Source: Leptogorgia sarmentosa (taxonomy: Eukaryota). From it: a stretch of 64,000 nucleotides of DNA. The notes beneath the pieces were generated by a model, which was not told the DNA's origin, searched no databases, and worked only from the letters and a program-made list of their open reading frames with translations. The position numbers were made by a program, and so were the translations under genes. Shown in pieces: positions 12,706 to 25,164 of this stretch. The stretch spans positions 5,890,001 through 5,954,000 of the forward strand of contig OZ210885.1 in assembly GCA_964658305.1 (NCBI GenBank). Direction: 5' to 3'. Position 1 is the stretch's first letter. Each line of letters opens with the position of its first letter.

Positions 12706-13059
12706 ATAGAAAGTGATATTTAAACACAATCTTCAGTCCTTAGAAGAAAAATTTTGTAACGGAAGTGTTCCTACAGAAAATTTTCCCTAAAAGATATGAA
12801 ATTGGAAAGAAGGAGCTGTCGAAGCACCTTTTTTTGGCTGAAGATATTAGAGAGTTAAAAATTGACGTTTTTACAGCCGGGTTTTTTTCGTATTCCTTCA
12901 CGTTTTGAACGCATTGATACACCTCTAGAGGTAAGCTGATCACCTCCAGATACTATGCACGAAATAAATAAATGAGCTACTGCACGTTTTCATTGTAAAT
13001 TAATGAGAATGAATACTTCTTGTTTAGTTGTTTTATTTATGAAAGCCTTGTAGACTTCT

Positions 13060-13293
13060 GGGGCCGGTTGTTCAAAAGCAGGTTAGTTTAACCCTGGATT
13101 AACTTAAAATTCAAAGCAAATTCTCCAACAATTTGTTTTTGAATTTAGAAATATTTCTTCAGAAATCTTGTCTAGATCATTAAGAGATTTCTTTTTCAGA
13201 GTTTTGAAGAAAACAGATACGCAGAAATACACAAACTATAACACTACATGGGTTAAATTTTAACCCAGGATTAGCCTTAACCTAGCTTTGAAC
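13060..13293. mobile_element. Harbinger-related MITE remnant, right end eroded
   Basis: ggccggttgttcaaaagcaggttagtttaaccctggattaa ... ttaacccaggattagccttaacctagctttgaaca (imperfect inverted ends). Confidence 0.5.
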
Positions 13294-13552
13294 AGAAGAA
13301 TAACTTCGCATTATTTTAAGCATTTTAATTGTTAAGCCAATTATCCGCAGCCTGATCCCCAATTGCAGCAAACATCAATCTGGAGTACTTTCTCATTTTG
13401 ACGTCAAACCGCAAAAAATCTAACTGTGATTTGAGGTTTAAAAAATGACGTCAACCTGTAACGCTCTAATCCTTCGACAACGTCATAAGGGTTAAATGTG
13501 CTTGAGAATCTGGACGCACACATGAGCTGTTTGGCCGCGAACCTAAATTCAA

Positions 13553-13627
13553 GCTCTCGTGGCCCAGTCGGTTAGTACGTCGAACTAAAAAACACTGCCC
13601 AAGTATATGCGAGGGTTCCATCCCTTC
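13553..13627 (+). pseudogene. orphan degenerate copy of the array tRNA-Ile(TAT) gene
   Basis: GCTCTCGTGGCCCAGTCGGTTAGT matches the array gene 5' part exactly; anticodon decayed, intron-like aacactgcccaagtat retained, 7-nt deletion in the variable loop, 3' acceptor strand lost. Confidence 0.8.
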
Positions 13628-14431
13628 AAACTCCCTGCACTGTTTTCTGATTTCTTCATATCTCAAAATCTTTCTCCATGCAATTCAGTTTCTTTACATT
13701 GTTTCACTTATGAGCAAATTTGTGGATCGAAACTATTTCCTGCTACACATTTTTACCATCAGTGTTGACCACCTTTACACGATAACGCAAAATGGCGGCC
13801 AAATTGGCGAACTTCAGACTCCGCCAGCAGAAATTTTTTTTTGGCTCAAATTTTATTGGGATACTTAGCCTATAATGGCGATACTCTCGCCTAAGCGGGC
13901 TGGGTGTTATTTCTCTTTTCGCGTGGATACATGGCTATGAATTAGATTTTTTACATATTTCAGTCTTCAAAGTCCTCACTAAATGATTCTGTGAGTTATA
14001 ACTAAAAGTTGCTTTCAAAATTGCGCATTTCAGGTTCGTAAGAAAATATTGCTATTTATAGCAATGAGGTCTGTAGTTTGTTTTGACAAGCCAGCACGCC
14101 TCGAAAGTCTCATGTATAAAAACACGAGATGAAATCAACTCGGCTAAACGGACTAGCTCGGGTACCCGGGCTGGCTCGCATCCAGATAAACACCCCCTAA
14201 ATCATACATCAAGTTGTAAGTTTCCCATGCAATGCAACTTGTTTTTTGAAAAAGAAAAGTTAAAAGGAATATCAACTTTTCCCGGCGTACACGTGCGTTC
14301 AAAGCAGTCAAGTGTGTCATTGCACGCTTACAGACGCCCACGCAGTTGTAAGAGGTTAGGCTGTTTTCCATTTCAAACGTATCGTAACGCTACAGTGCAT
14401 TTTCTTTTGTGTCGAAGTCATTAGATGATTT

Positions 14432-14633
14432 AGATCCACTTCACTTCTCAGCTAGGAAACAAAGACATAACGCTGCGTTTCCGATTCGATTGAAGAGAAA
14501 AACAGCGCGTTTATATTAATTTCAGTATCAGTACGTGTTCATAAATTGACTTGTGTTTGGAAGACTTGGGCCGTGTATAGAATATCTGGTGAGATTTTCG
14601 ACTCAACTTGTTTCTCTCAAATACTTCATAACG
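14432..14633 (+). other. probable non-coding 5' exon of MFS paralog 2
   Basis: Homologous to 7718-7867; donor-like GTAAGT at 14634; homology continues into the following intron. Confidence 0.5.
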
Positions 14634-15697
14634 GTAAGTATTAATATCTGTTCTAATAATACAAACTTTTATCTATGTGTTCAAAGGCCAATCTACACGA
14701 TGGGATGATTGTACACGATTTGTATTCTGGCCTATTATTTCAAAATGCCATCCTAACATAACACTACAGGGATTGTGACGTCGTCACCATTCACTTGCAT
14801 CGCCAAAATACGAGTCGTATACTATAATCGAATCGATAGTTTATAGACATGATGTAGATAGATTTGATGCATAGATATAACTTAAGATGTTTGCTCAACC
14901 ATAGATGAAAATAATATAATCCATGACTGACCCCCATTGCATGGGGTCTACATACACGGTTTTGTTGAGGCGGGGGGAATGAGACATTTTAAAGGTGATT
15001 TAGATCAAACGATGATTAAACAGACCTATATTTTGTTGAAAAATTCAGACTGGATTAAATCCTGTGGCCGGGTCAAAACATTATTGCTGTTTGAACTGTA
15101 TTTAGTTTGCAATTGCAATTATCTATTCATGCATGAACTTTACACAATGATGTGATTTTGTATGCTGAATGTCTGTCTCTTCATGGCAGAGTGAAGCCAT
15201 AGGTAAATAAAACTTTGCCAGATATTGAAGCGCCAACTCTCGAGTGTGCACTCGAAAATAACGTTAATCAATTAATATAATTTCAATTTATGATTTGTAT
15301 ACAGCTCCTACCGTACAGGGGCGAAACTACAGAGTTAATTCGGAGGGGGGGGGGGGGGGGTATATTCATATATTCGCGTTTTGCCCGACGGATTTCGTTT
15401 GAAATTAATTCAAAGACAACTGATTTCAAAAGAAATCCGTCGAGCAGAACACGAACATATGAATATATTACGTAGTTGTAATAATATAATTGCGAAATCT
15501 TGCTTTAATGGCTGAAACCAAGGCTTCAAGCAGGTTGCGTTGGTTATTAACATTAACGCTCCTAATTTTTATATCCCTTTTACTTACTCAAACCCCAAAC
15601 ACAGTTTCGAAGAGAGCAAACGGTTTCGTGGTGATAATCATAGGAAAATTTGATTTTGAGACGAACCCTGGAAAGATTTCGGGTCTTAAACATATAT

Positions 15698-16138
15698 TAG
15701 AGACCTTAAGATTGACGTTTTCTCTCGTTTCCCGCAAACCGCGAACCGCAAAAAGTCACGTGACTTAACTCCTGCCGTCCGTCTGAGGTTTGAGGTTCCC
15801 ATTTTTACTGGAAGAAGGCGTTCTTGAGGTTGGTGACTTACGGCAACATTTTTAGACCATTAAAATTATATAATGTCATGTTTAAGATATAAATTTAATC
15901 TCTTTAACATCTTAGCTATTTAAAGAATGTTTTATGGTAAACCAAAAATCACATTATTATGTATATTTCATAAACGACATATTATATATCCTACCTGGAC
16001 GAGGAAGCTATCTTGGATTTCTTTAGTACGCCAATCTTAAATCTTAAAAATATCATCCCTCAAACGTCGAACCGCAAACCTCGAGTTGAAGTCTGTCGTT
16101 TGCGGGAAAGAGAGGAAACGTCAATCTTAAGGTCTCTA
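15698..16138. mobile_element. MITE, superfamily unassigned (PHIS-like)
   Basis: TIRs TAGAGACCTTAAGATTGACGTTT...TCCCGCAAAC / GTTTGCGGGAAAGAGAGGAAACGTCAATCTTAAGGTCTCTA, with AT on both flanks. Confidence 0.8.
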
Positions 16139-16316
16139 ATGCATCGAGAATACCCAATTATATTACGTTATAATGTCGTATATTCGTTTTCAACATGCAA
16201 TCTTATGTAAATATCGTTTGGCAGATTGAAGTGATGTACTTGAAAATAACGGGCACAGCTGAACTATCTAGAGTGCGTACTTGAAAACTACTTGACGCAC
16301 TTGAATACGGAAACGG

Positions 16317-16424
16317 TAGCATAGCATAGCATAGCATAGCTTAGCATAACATCTAGCATATAGCATAGCATAGCATATAGCATAGCATATAGCATATCAT
16401 ATAGCATAGCATATAGCATAGCAT
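16317..16424. repeat. (TAGCA)n microsatellite with TATAGCA variants; resumes at ~16741-16769
   Basis: Directly visible pentanucleotide repeat. Confidence 0.95.
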
Positions 16425-17872
16425 TTTAAAAATTTTAAAAATTTTGGGTCTCTAGATCGTCGGAAATGGCATTTTCAAGGTGTCATATTATACCTCTTTC
16501 TTTATGTAATACATATTCGATCTGAAATACTTGAGCTTTGGAATTAGAATACTTCATATAGGATGTTTTAGAGGATAATGATTTTCATCGTATTGTTGAT
16601 GTTATATTGTCTAATAAATTTAATATTCTATCAACTATGATGGAGTTATGTTTGCCCGAACGATTCGAGCTCAATTGCCCGACCGTGAACGGTTTGGGGG
16701 GGCACAGGCACCCCCGTGCCCCCCCGGCCCGTACGCCCATGCATAGCATAGCATTGCACAGCATAGCATTTTTTGAGTGGCCTCATTTTGACCAGCTTTC
16801 CCCCCATCAAATTTTTGGGAAGGGTGGTGTAACATCCAGGGACATCGGAACCGGGGCGGCAGTTTACAGAGTGCCCTTCTTCCACAAAAAAGTGCCCTTT
16901 TTCCAATGTGACCTTTGCCCAATAGTGCCTTAATTTACTCTTTAGTTTTATAGAAAAATGTGATCGCTGTAATGTCCTTGGATAAGCGGTTCACATGTGC
17001 CCCTTTGGCCTATATCCACGAAGACCACGATCAATAAAATCACGATAAAATTAATTTCTTATATTCTCAAAGTACATTTAAAATTTATGCCCCCCCCCTC
17101 CCTCAATATTATTATTATTACTTATTAGAGAAGGGAGGTGCCTTGCATGGGACTTTTATATAGCCTCGTTCGCACCTTCCCTTTTGGGTCAGTTGATATT
17201 GAACTAATTATTATTTTTAAGTGATTTATGACACCAATAAAGTTGTTAAATAAATAAAATAAAATAAATAAAAATACATACACGCCCCCATTCAGACGAG
17301 GAAGACGTTAAACCTTCAGCTTAAATCTTACACCTCCGTGGGCGATAGGAGGCTAATAGCCTTGCTAATAAGAGAGATAACTCAGATTATAGTATTAATC
17401 ATTCATTCACGTCCCTGGTAACATCCCCCCACACCCACCAGTAGCGACGTCCCTGCCTGGATTCTCAAATATTGATTTTCAACTTGCAGTGTTGTCTAAT
17501 TTTGCCGGTCAGCATTTTCTAGAAAAGCAGGGTGTAATCGGTATGTCACTTCAGTGGTTCGTTTCAAATGCAATGGAATTTACCCAGTGTCAAGGGTTTA
17601 TGTATACTTCATATGGCCTTTATGTTTCCATATCTCAAATGTTTCTTAACATTGGAAAAATCTCAACCATGCACATTGTAGAGTGTTATAGGGTGACCGT
17701 ACTCTAACACCTTATAGGGTGACCGTACTCTACGTAATTTGTCATCGATTCACCGTTTATTCCGTTGCTATGTTTGGTAAAACGACCTGTTGTAACTTGT
17801 TATATCTGCTCCAGCATTTAACCATGGTTGCATTTCTCTTTTAAACCACAGAGTATCAGATTTTCAAAGAAA

Positions 17873-19171
17873 ATGAGCAGACAAGGATGGGTTATAAAAT
17901 TTGCTCTGCTTCGCTGCTTCCTATCCGGCTGTGAGACGTATCTTATTGCGCCCACCGCCTGGATTTACATCAAGTCTCTTGGCCAAACCACGTTTTTTCT
18001 GGCTTTGGTGTTATCAGCCTACAACGTTAGCTGTATCATCGCTGGACCTGTTTCCGGATTCCTGACAGATCGATTTGGAAATCCAAGACTTGTCTTCCTT
18101 TGCTCGTGTGCAACTAAAGTGTTTGCGTACATTATCTACAGTGTCAACCTGAGCGCATATTTTCCTCTATTTGGGAGACTTTTAAGTGGTGTCGGCGAAA
18201 TGGGAATCACAGTTCTCCTTGGACAAATCGCGTTACAACCTAAAAGAGAAAGTCGTAGTGGGAGTTTCGTACTTCTGGACAGTGCGTATTGTGTTGGTGC
18301 TGCATTTGGACCAGGAATTGGTAGTTTCATTGCATTTCGAACCAATATACTTGGTTGGGAAATAAACGAAGGAAATTCACCTGGGATTGTATTGATAATA
18401 ATCTGGCTTTTGTTCCTTATTTTTGCGATGCTCTTGCCCAAGGATATTTGGACAGCTACTGGTGCTGGAAACACTGAACACAATTCAACCTTAAGTGAAG
18501 ACGAAGCTCAAAAAAGGTTGCCGAATGAATGTGGTCGAAAAAGAAAACTACTCGACAGCAATTCTGAATGGAAACCAAACTATGCTCTGTTGGATTCCAG
18601 ATTATTTTGCCTGATTTTTTTGGTATTCTCCAGCGAAGTTTTTTCAAGCACGTCAACCTTTTACGTCCCAGTATTAGCGCTTGACCATTTCCATCTTGAA
18701 CTGATTCACATCAAATTACTATTCTTGAATTGCACATTATTTACATTGATGATATTTGTCTGCATTTATCTCGCTTCGAACCATGTTGAAGATCGAAAAC
18801 TCGTTGTAGCTGCGCTATCTATGCAAATCACTGCTATCACTTTTCTGGTATACTTCGCTTTCTCGTGGGATCAAGTAACAGCTATCCAATGGTATATTTT
18901 ACTTTTATACATGTGTTTTGGCATGCCGTATTTTGCATATCCACTGGCAAGTTCAATCCTTTCAAAAATTACACCCGCGCAGAATGCAACATTTGTCCAA
19001 GGTCTGACTTATGGAGCTTTACATGTAGCTATAGTAATAAGTCGTGTTGTGGTCAGTTTTGTATTCACAAAAACGAGCTTACTTTGGTATTCATTTGCCA
19101 TGGTGATGCTTTGGTTCGCAGGTATGATATGGTATGGTAAACATTATAAAAGAATGGTTCCAGACGATTGA
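17873..19171 (+). CDS. major facilitator superfamily transporter, MFSD8/CLN7-like, paralog 2 (432 aa, single coding exon)
   Basis: Colinear and highly similar to paralog 1, same MFS motifs, central loop 18 aa longer; first ATG at 17873. Confidence 0.88.
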   Translation: MSRQGWVIKFALLRCFLSGCETYLIAPTAWIYIKSLGQTTFFLALVLSAYNVSCIIAGPVSGFLTDRFGNPRLVFLCSCATKVFAYIIYSVNLSAYFPLFGRLLSGVGEMGITVLLGQIALQPKRESRSGSFVLLDSAYCVGAAFGPGIGSFIAFRTNILGWEINEGNSPGIVLIIIWLLFLIFAMLLPKDIWTATGAGNTEHNSTLSEDEAQKRLPNECGRKRKLLDSNSEWKPNYALLDSRLFCLIFLVFSSEVFSSTSTFYVPVLALDHFHLELIHIKLLFLNCTLFTLMIFVCIYLASNHVEDRKLVVAALSMQITAITFLVYFAFSWDQVTAIQWYILLLYMCFGMPYFAYPLASSILSKITPAQNATFVQGLTYGALHVAIVISRVVVSFVFTKTSLLWYSFAMVMLWFAGMIWYGKHYKRMVPDD

Positions 19172-20022
19172 AAAAACAGCAAAGTTCCCAACTGGTTTAT
19201 GTAAATATTCGTGTATCAAAAAATGGTTGACCCTATCGAAATCAAATTTGCCACCGGCTGATTCAACAATCATTTTGACACTCTTCTGGTTTGCTCTGAA
19301 GATCAGTTATTAACATATTTTTTTACTTATCTTGTCCTTATACGTTTTAACATGATTCTAATACTTTTTTGATATTAATACAATAACATTACACTTTTGT
19401 TGTACTATTCTAGCTATATACAAAAACCGCCAGGATATATTTTTAATATCTCGAGATTGAAACATTGAAAAAATGATTAGCGAACTAATATTTTACTTTT
19501 CGCGCGAATTAAATTGGCTGTCATCACTTTCTCTGGGTAACAAACATATAGTACACATATGTATGTTACAATATTTTGTTGTTGGCTGTAAGTTTTAAAT
19601 TTAAATAGCAAAATTCTTTTTACGCAAAACGAGATAATCCGACATCGCCTGATTTAATTACGCACCCAAAACTTTTTGAAAGCATTTTTAGTTACTAAAA
19701 TTTTTTTACTTAGCATATCTCTTCCATTGTAAATATAGTATTTCTTAATGTTAATAATAATAAAATTTCATTGTTTTTAGATAATCGACATCCGGGACAC
19801 CAGTCTAGATACGCAAAATACGGACCACGGTCCGGATAGCCGAAATCTAAGGCCGTTTTCCACTTCAAGCGTTTCGTAACGTAGCGAAGCATTTTCTTTT
19901 GTGTCAAAGTCATAAGATCCACTTCACCGCTTTTTCCTCAACTTCTGTTGTTAAGGTCAGAATTTGTGTTTCGGCCTGGATTAGAAAAGGAAAAGCAAAA
20001 GTCGTACGACATCGTTTGTTTA

Positions 20023-20108
20023 GGCCCGTTTCAGACGTCGAACTTTTCATGTGCCGAACTTAATTGTTTTAATGAAGCACATGATAAGTTCGACGTATGA
20101 AACGGGCC
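20023..20108. mobile_element. 86-bp deletion derivative of the Harbinger MITE at 1416-1771
   Basis: GGCCCGTTTCAGACGTCGAACTT...AAGTTCGACGTATGAAACGGGCC with TTA TSD. Confidence 0.85.
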
Positions 20109-20141
20109 TTAAAGTCAGAATTACTTTCAAATATTCAGTTA

Positions 20142-22609
20142 TAGGCCGTAGGATGAGCTTATGAAAATGTGCTTAGAAAACGGATTCCGTTGCACCCCTC
20201 GTGGAACTACATAATTTTCACATGAATGAATAGATAAAAACTTACTTTATCAGAATCCGTTGCTCCCCAAACGAAACAGGTGCACAATTGGGAGAAAAAT
20301 GCTCCCAAAGTTTGCTAATTCCGCGCTTTGAAATATTCGAACCGCCATTGTTTTGGTAGCAAATACGCATGCGCACGTCTGCTAAATTTGCACTGCGCAG
20401 GCGCACAAGACAAATGGGTTTCCCCTGTGGATTTTCCCTTATTTTTTTCCACTGAGCTGTTATATTATTTTAGTACATCGCAGTGGTTTTCCCCGATTTT
20501 ACAATGAAAAGAAACGAAAATTGAATTGAATTTTAAAATTTATTTTTGCTTATTAATTGGAATGGTTTTAACTCCCTATTAATGAGCTTAAAATGAGAAA
20601 GCAGTGAATTTTTGTTCTTGCATTGCGCATTAATTGAATTTGTTCAGCTGAAATAACACAGAATGCGGCACTAGCGCTTGAATTCAAAGGGTAGCCTTTT
20701 TTGTGTAGACCCACTGTATATGTACAAAATCAAGGACATTTTCAATATTTGTTCAAATGCTTTTATGCTTCCTTGCCTCCCACATCTGGAAATACTGGCT
20801 CTTATTGCAAATCCTCTTCCGTGTTTCCCGGAAAACCAAACTTTTTCTACCAAACTCAGAAACATTTGAAAAAACACTGTTTCTCGACTTTCTCCATCTG
20901 CTAACGCTGATAAGTCTACACGACGCGGTGCTATACTGAATCATTCATAAAGAACATAAATACATAAGATATGACAAGTGTCTTTGCACAATAACGTTTT
21001 CAAAGGATATTCATAAAATAGAAGAAAATCTCAAAAAAATTTCAATGATTATTTGACAACTAGGCAAGATACGTTTGGCTCTTTTAAATCATGCCTTCTA
21101 TGTATCGCCTAAATAAGATTCTACTTGTTAGTTAAAGGCCTACGCTCAAATCCTTATTTCTTTATTTCAAAATCCATATACTGATTTTTCGTGCCGAAGT
21201 TACTTGTCTTATAGATTATAGTCTTATAGAATCCAATTGATAAAGTATAATTATACTGTTCTTGTTTCTATTATGTATACTCGGAAGATATGGTCTGGGC
21301 TGGCCAGGGTTTTAGGTGTGTCGGTGTGAAGGGTGCTCAGTGGCGTAACACCACCTTGCTCCACTAAAACTACCAAAATAGGCTGGATTTACTACAACTT
21401 ATGTCTACACAATCGCAATCTCCACACTTAGATATTAATAGCTATAGAATAAGGTCTATTACATTGTTGAGATTATGCTTCCGAAGGATCCTGAACACAA
21501 ATAATATTTGCATTTTATTGGAAATATACTAAAATCCCCATTCGTACAGACTTCGTCAATTCGGACTGTGAAAACACTATGCAAAGTTCGGATCAGTCGC
21601 GCGTCTTTGCACGTTTTTGTTTGACTTTGCATGCCAGCATGGTTTTTCGTGAAATTATAACATAGTAACATTAATGAGCAACTCAGCAACACTTCCAATC
21701 TGCCTGTTTTTCGTAATTGAATTCCTTAGAATTGTGCTGTCAATTTTTTTATAGTAATTTTTGTCGGGGGCCCTTAAAGCTGGGGGCCCCGTCACTTGAC
21801 ACCCTGACACCCCTCCGTTACGCCACTGAGGGTGCTCAAGTCTCAGGTTCGATTCTTTCTCAGCATTCCAGATAACAACTTAATTATGTAATAGTTCAAA
21901 TATATACAGAAATATAAATTTTCCAGACAAAAGCATAGATAGCTTTCTGTAGAATACATAATGTATTTTGGTTTTGAGCTTAGGCCCTCGGGATGCAACA
22001 AGGGGGATTTTTTGCAGTGATGACCAATTTATAATTATCCATCATAACAGCTTTCCAGTTGGTGCCTGCACCTTCTTTTACAGTTAAAGGTCCTTCACTG
22101 GTGCGAACCGGCGAGCTATCCTGCTTCGTTGTTCACTGCTTGAATTAGGATGTACAAGTAGAATTTGACGTCAAAACGATATTTTGAAACAGTAGCCACT
22201 GAATACATATATGTTTGTGAATATATGTGTTTGTGATAATGTGTTTGTTCTTTTTTATTCGTTAATATCACAAGTTTTGATGTCTATTCTGTCATTCTAT
22301 GTTGTTTTTACTGAAAAAATTAGGGAAAACCCACAGGGAAAATCCATATATTCTATCTGCGCGTGCGCAGTGCGAGTATAGCTGATATGCGCATGCGTAT
22401 TTTCAGCAAAACAATGGCGGTTTGGCTATTTTAAGGCACGAAAATAGTAAACTTTGAGTGGATATTTCTCCCAATTGTGCACCTGTTTCGATTGGGGAGC
22501 AACGGATTCTGATAAAGTAAGTTTTTATCTATTCATTCATGTGAAAATTATGTAGTTCCACGAGGGGTGCAACGGAATTGCATCTTTTCGATGCTCATCC
22601 TACGGCCTA
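20142..22609. mobile_element. 2.5-kb non-autonomous DNA transposon with ~300-bp TIRs (Academ-like; ISL2EU-like alternative)
   Basis: TAGGCCGTAGGATGAGC... / ...GCTCATCCTACGGCCTA; inverted homology about 20142-20450 vs 22313-22609; TTA on both flanks. Confidence 0.8.
21338..21828. mobile_element. hAT-type MITE nested in the long-TIR element
   Basis: TIRs CAGTGGCGTAAC / GTTACGCCACTG; 8-bp TSD AGGGTGCT at 21330-21337 and 21829-21836. Confidence 0.88.
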
Positions 22610-23867
22610 TTAGACTCTGTGCCCTGGTCATAGCAAAGTCGCACTACTTCATGTTGCTAGAATATAGTTGCACTGAGTTGAATGTACTCTTGGTATGTTA
22701 GTTAAAGGCGAGCGAAGGATTGCTTCATGCTTGTATTTCTAGTTCTCTGGCAAGAAGTAATGCATTCACATGAATTATAATTATAAACCTTAATTGATGC
22801 TCCTGAAAATAATTTAGGAAAAGAGATATTTTCATTTCAGAACCCGACGACTGCGAAAACAAAAATATAAACGTTTTAGATAAAATAAAGGTATGAACTG
22901 TCGACGCGCCATGTTTTGGCGATATGAGCGTGAACTATTTTATGTAAACAAACTACAAGCAAAGTAAACAAAACTTGAATTTCTACTTAACAGACAGTTT
23001 GAATCAAATCACTTTAATCTGCCGGGGAATTTATACCAAAATAGGCTTGTAATCACCGAGCCTGAGGCGACTAATTGTTAAATAATACCAAGATATATTA
23101 GCCCTTTTATTTTATCAGAGAATTAAAAAATTGGACTGAAAAGGCAGGGAGTTGAAACAGCTAATGTTGCTGATGTCACATCTGCGTGATAAATCCTGAA
23201 CGCTTTACGGTACTTTGGAATGCTGTAACTTCACAAAAAGGAATAAAAAATGACTGTCTATAAATTGTCCAGTGCTTCATGTAACGCTAAAATGAAAACG
23301 AACTTGGACATTTTAACTCATGGTTCTCGTATAGTTATAGTTGATATTTGTTCATCTACAACCGAACACGTGAACGATGCATGTATTTCTAGTTAATAAT
23401 TAATGCGCACGAACTTTGTTATTGTATTCATATTGCACCGTCGTTTGTAGTGGAAAAACAAAGAATGCCATATGCATAATATAGCGTAAAAGGATACGAC
23501 AGTAGTTGAGGCCTATATCGTTTCCAAAATAAAATTTGAGTAGCTTACCCCATTTCTGTATTAACAATAGCCGCAATTGAGAGAATCAAATATGAAATGC
23601 GTCTCTGATTTTTCAGCTTCAAACTATATATATCCTCTTGGTGATAGTGGAATTTTTTTTACGTTCAGTGTTGCCTGCATGTCTCTTTTTGAATTTTCCG
23701 AACGGCAATTTTAAAACATTAATAATTCTATTCAACGTCACGATCGCTTCAATTAAAAAGCGTATCAGACGCGACTATAAAATGTTCACTATTTCTAAAA
23801 ACTAAAAGATGATGCCATTCATATTTTGATAGGAAGACTAGGAACTCAAAAAACTTTTTAGACTTTA

Positions 23868-24449
23868 GGGACCGGTCATAAAGTATCTACAACCCCTAAC
23901 CCTAACCCTAACCCTCACAAACGTAAGGGAAAAATTTCGAGCCCCATTGAAATATGACTAAAATATTTCGTACCCCATAGGCCATACACTGAAATTTTAA
24001 ATATCGAAATACCGACAGCCTAGTACTATCCATTTCTATTTTTAAAATTTAGATTTATGGATAATGTTTGAAGCACAGTCAAGTGTTGTTTAATATATCA
24101 AAGTATTGATATAAGTCTGTTGTCATTAAAATTGACATTTGTGTACTGAAGGTTTATACTCTTTTGTATAGCACATTTTATATATTGTAGAAATGTAAAT
24201 TTATATTTATTTAAATTTACAAAATAGTGACAACAAATTTATGAGTGAGAGTGACAGATCTTGAGGACCACACCGTAGTTGATGCAGTCGAAGATTTTTA
24301 ATATTACTATATTAGTCCTTGTTGAAGATTTCGTACCCCATCAATGGGTTGTCAAAATATTTTGTGCCCCATCAAATGTGTGGGGAAAAGTTTCACACCC
24401 CATCGCAAACCCTCCACGCCGGGGTTGTAGATACTTTATGACCGGTCCC
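23868..24449. mobile_element. PIF/Harbinger-type MITE with subterminal repeats and an internal (CCCTAA)3 tract
   Basis: 29-bp perfect TIR GGGACCGGTCATAAAGTATCTACAACCCC; TTA TSD; repeated tttcgtaccccat-like motifs near both ends. Confidence 0.88.
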
Positions 24450-24655
24450 TTAAACGCAAGAAACAGAAATAAAAATCGCTTCCTTAATGATTTTTTGAAG
24501 AAAACAACAATGTACTCGAATGGAGCCATAAAACTTGAATTCATGCAACACCTGGCCTCACTTTATTACTTCATTTACAATTTATCACTTGGCTGCAGAG
24601 TGACACAATAATACATAATGACGATAGAAATTGACGTTTTACATAACTATAGTAA

Positions 24656-24872
24656 TGCCCACACAAACCAGACGCGATTAAATTTTTCAGTTTTTGAAAG
24701 CACGTAGAATCTGCCAGAAAGTAAATTTTGGAAGCCATATGAACCTGATGAGTTAAAAAGTCCATTGGCTATGAAATTTGCAATAATATTGAATCAGAAG
24801 CAATTATATTTTTTTTTCTGAACACTAAAAATTTGCGTCGCGTTACCAAATCGCGTCCGGTCTGTGTGGGCC
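24656..24872. mobile_element. Harbinger-like MITE (degenerate)
   Basis: gcccacacaaaccagacgcgatt ... aatcgcgtccggtctgtgtgggc inverted ends. Confidence 0.65.
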
Positions 24873-24878
24873 TACAAC

Positions 24879-25164
24879 CAGGGAGGTAGCGAAGGGGGGT
24901 GGGGTCGTGAGAAGAAGAGCTGTCAAATTATTTCGACATATTTTTAGGCCAGGGTATGTGGGGAAAATAGTTTTAAACTAAAACTGCGATAATTGTATTT
25001 AGTATTAATGTAACAAATAAAGTATTAAGCGTTGTGTATGTACATTGAAAATTTAAGCTGATAACGTCGCTGATCACACCCAAACCACACCCCGACCACG
25101 CCCATTTTGTCGGCAAAACTGAGTCTTGAGTCCCCCCAACCACACAGCCATCGCTACGCCCCTG
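24879..25164. mobile_element. hAT-type MITE
   Basis: TIRs CAGGGAGGTAGCGA / TCGCTACGCCCCTG; near-perfect 8-bp TSD CCTACAAC / CCTACAGC. Confidence 0.7.

Noticed and set aside
16837..17455. hAT-like element bounded by CAGGGACATCG / CGACGTCCCTG
   Set aside because: Short imperfect inverted match with no matching TSD; boundaries cannot be supported
17687..17732. Direct repeat TTATAGGGTGACCGTACTCTA x2
   Set aside because: A single 21-bp local duplication with no evidence of function
10249..18656. Antisense and alternate-frame ORFs overlapping the MFS genes
   Set aside because: Shadow ORFs of real coding sequence; duplicated only because the genes are duplicated
21290..21860. tRNA or SINE split by the hAT MITE (GGTTCGATTC B-box-like at ~21846)
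   Set aside because: No convincing A box or cloverleaf after removing the insertion
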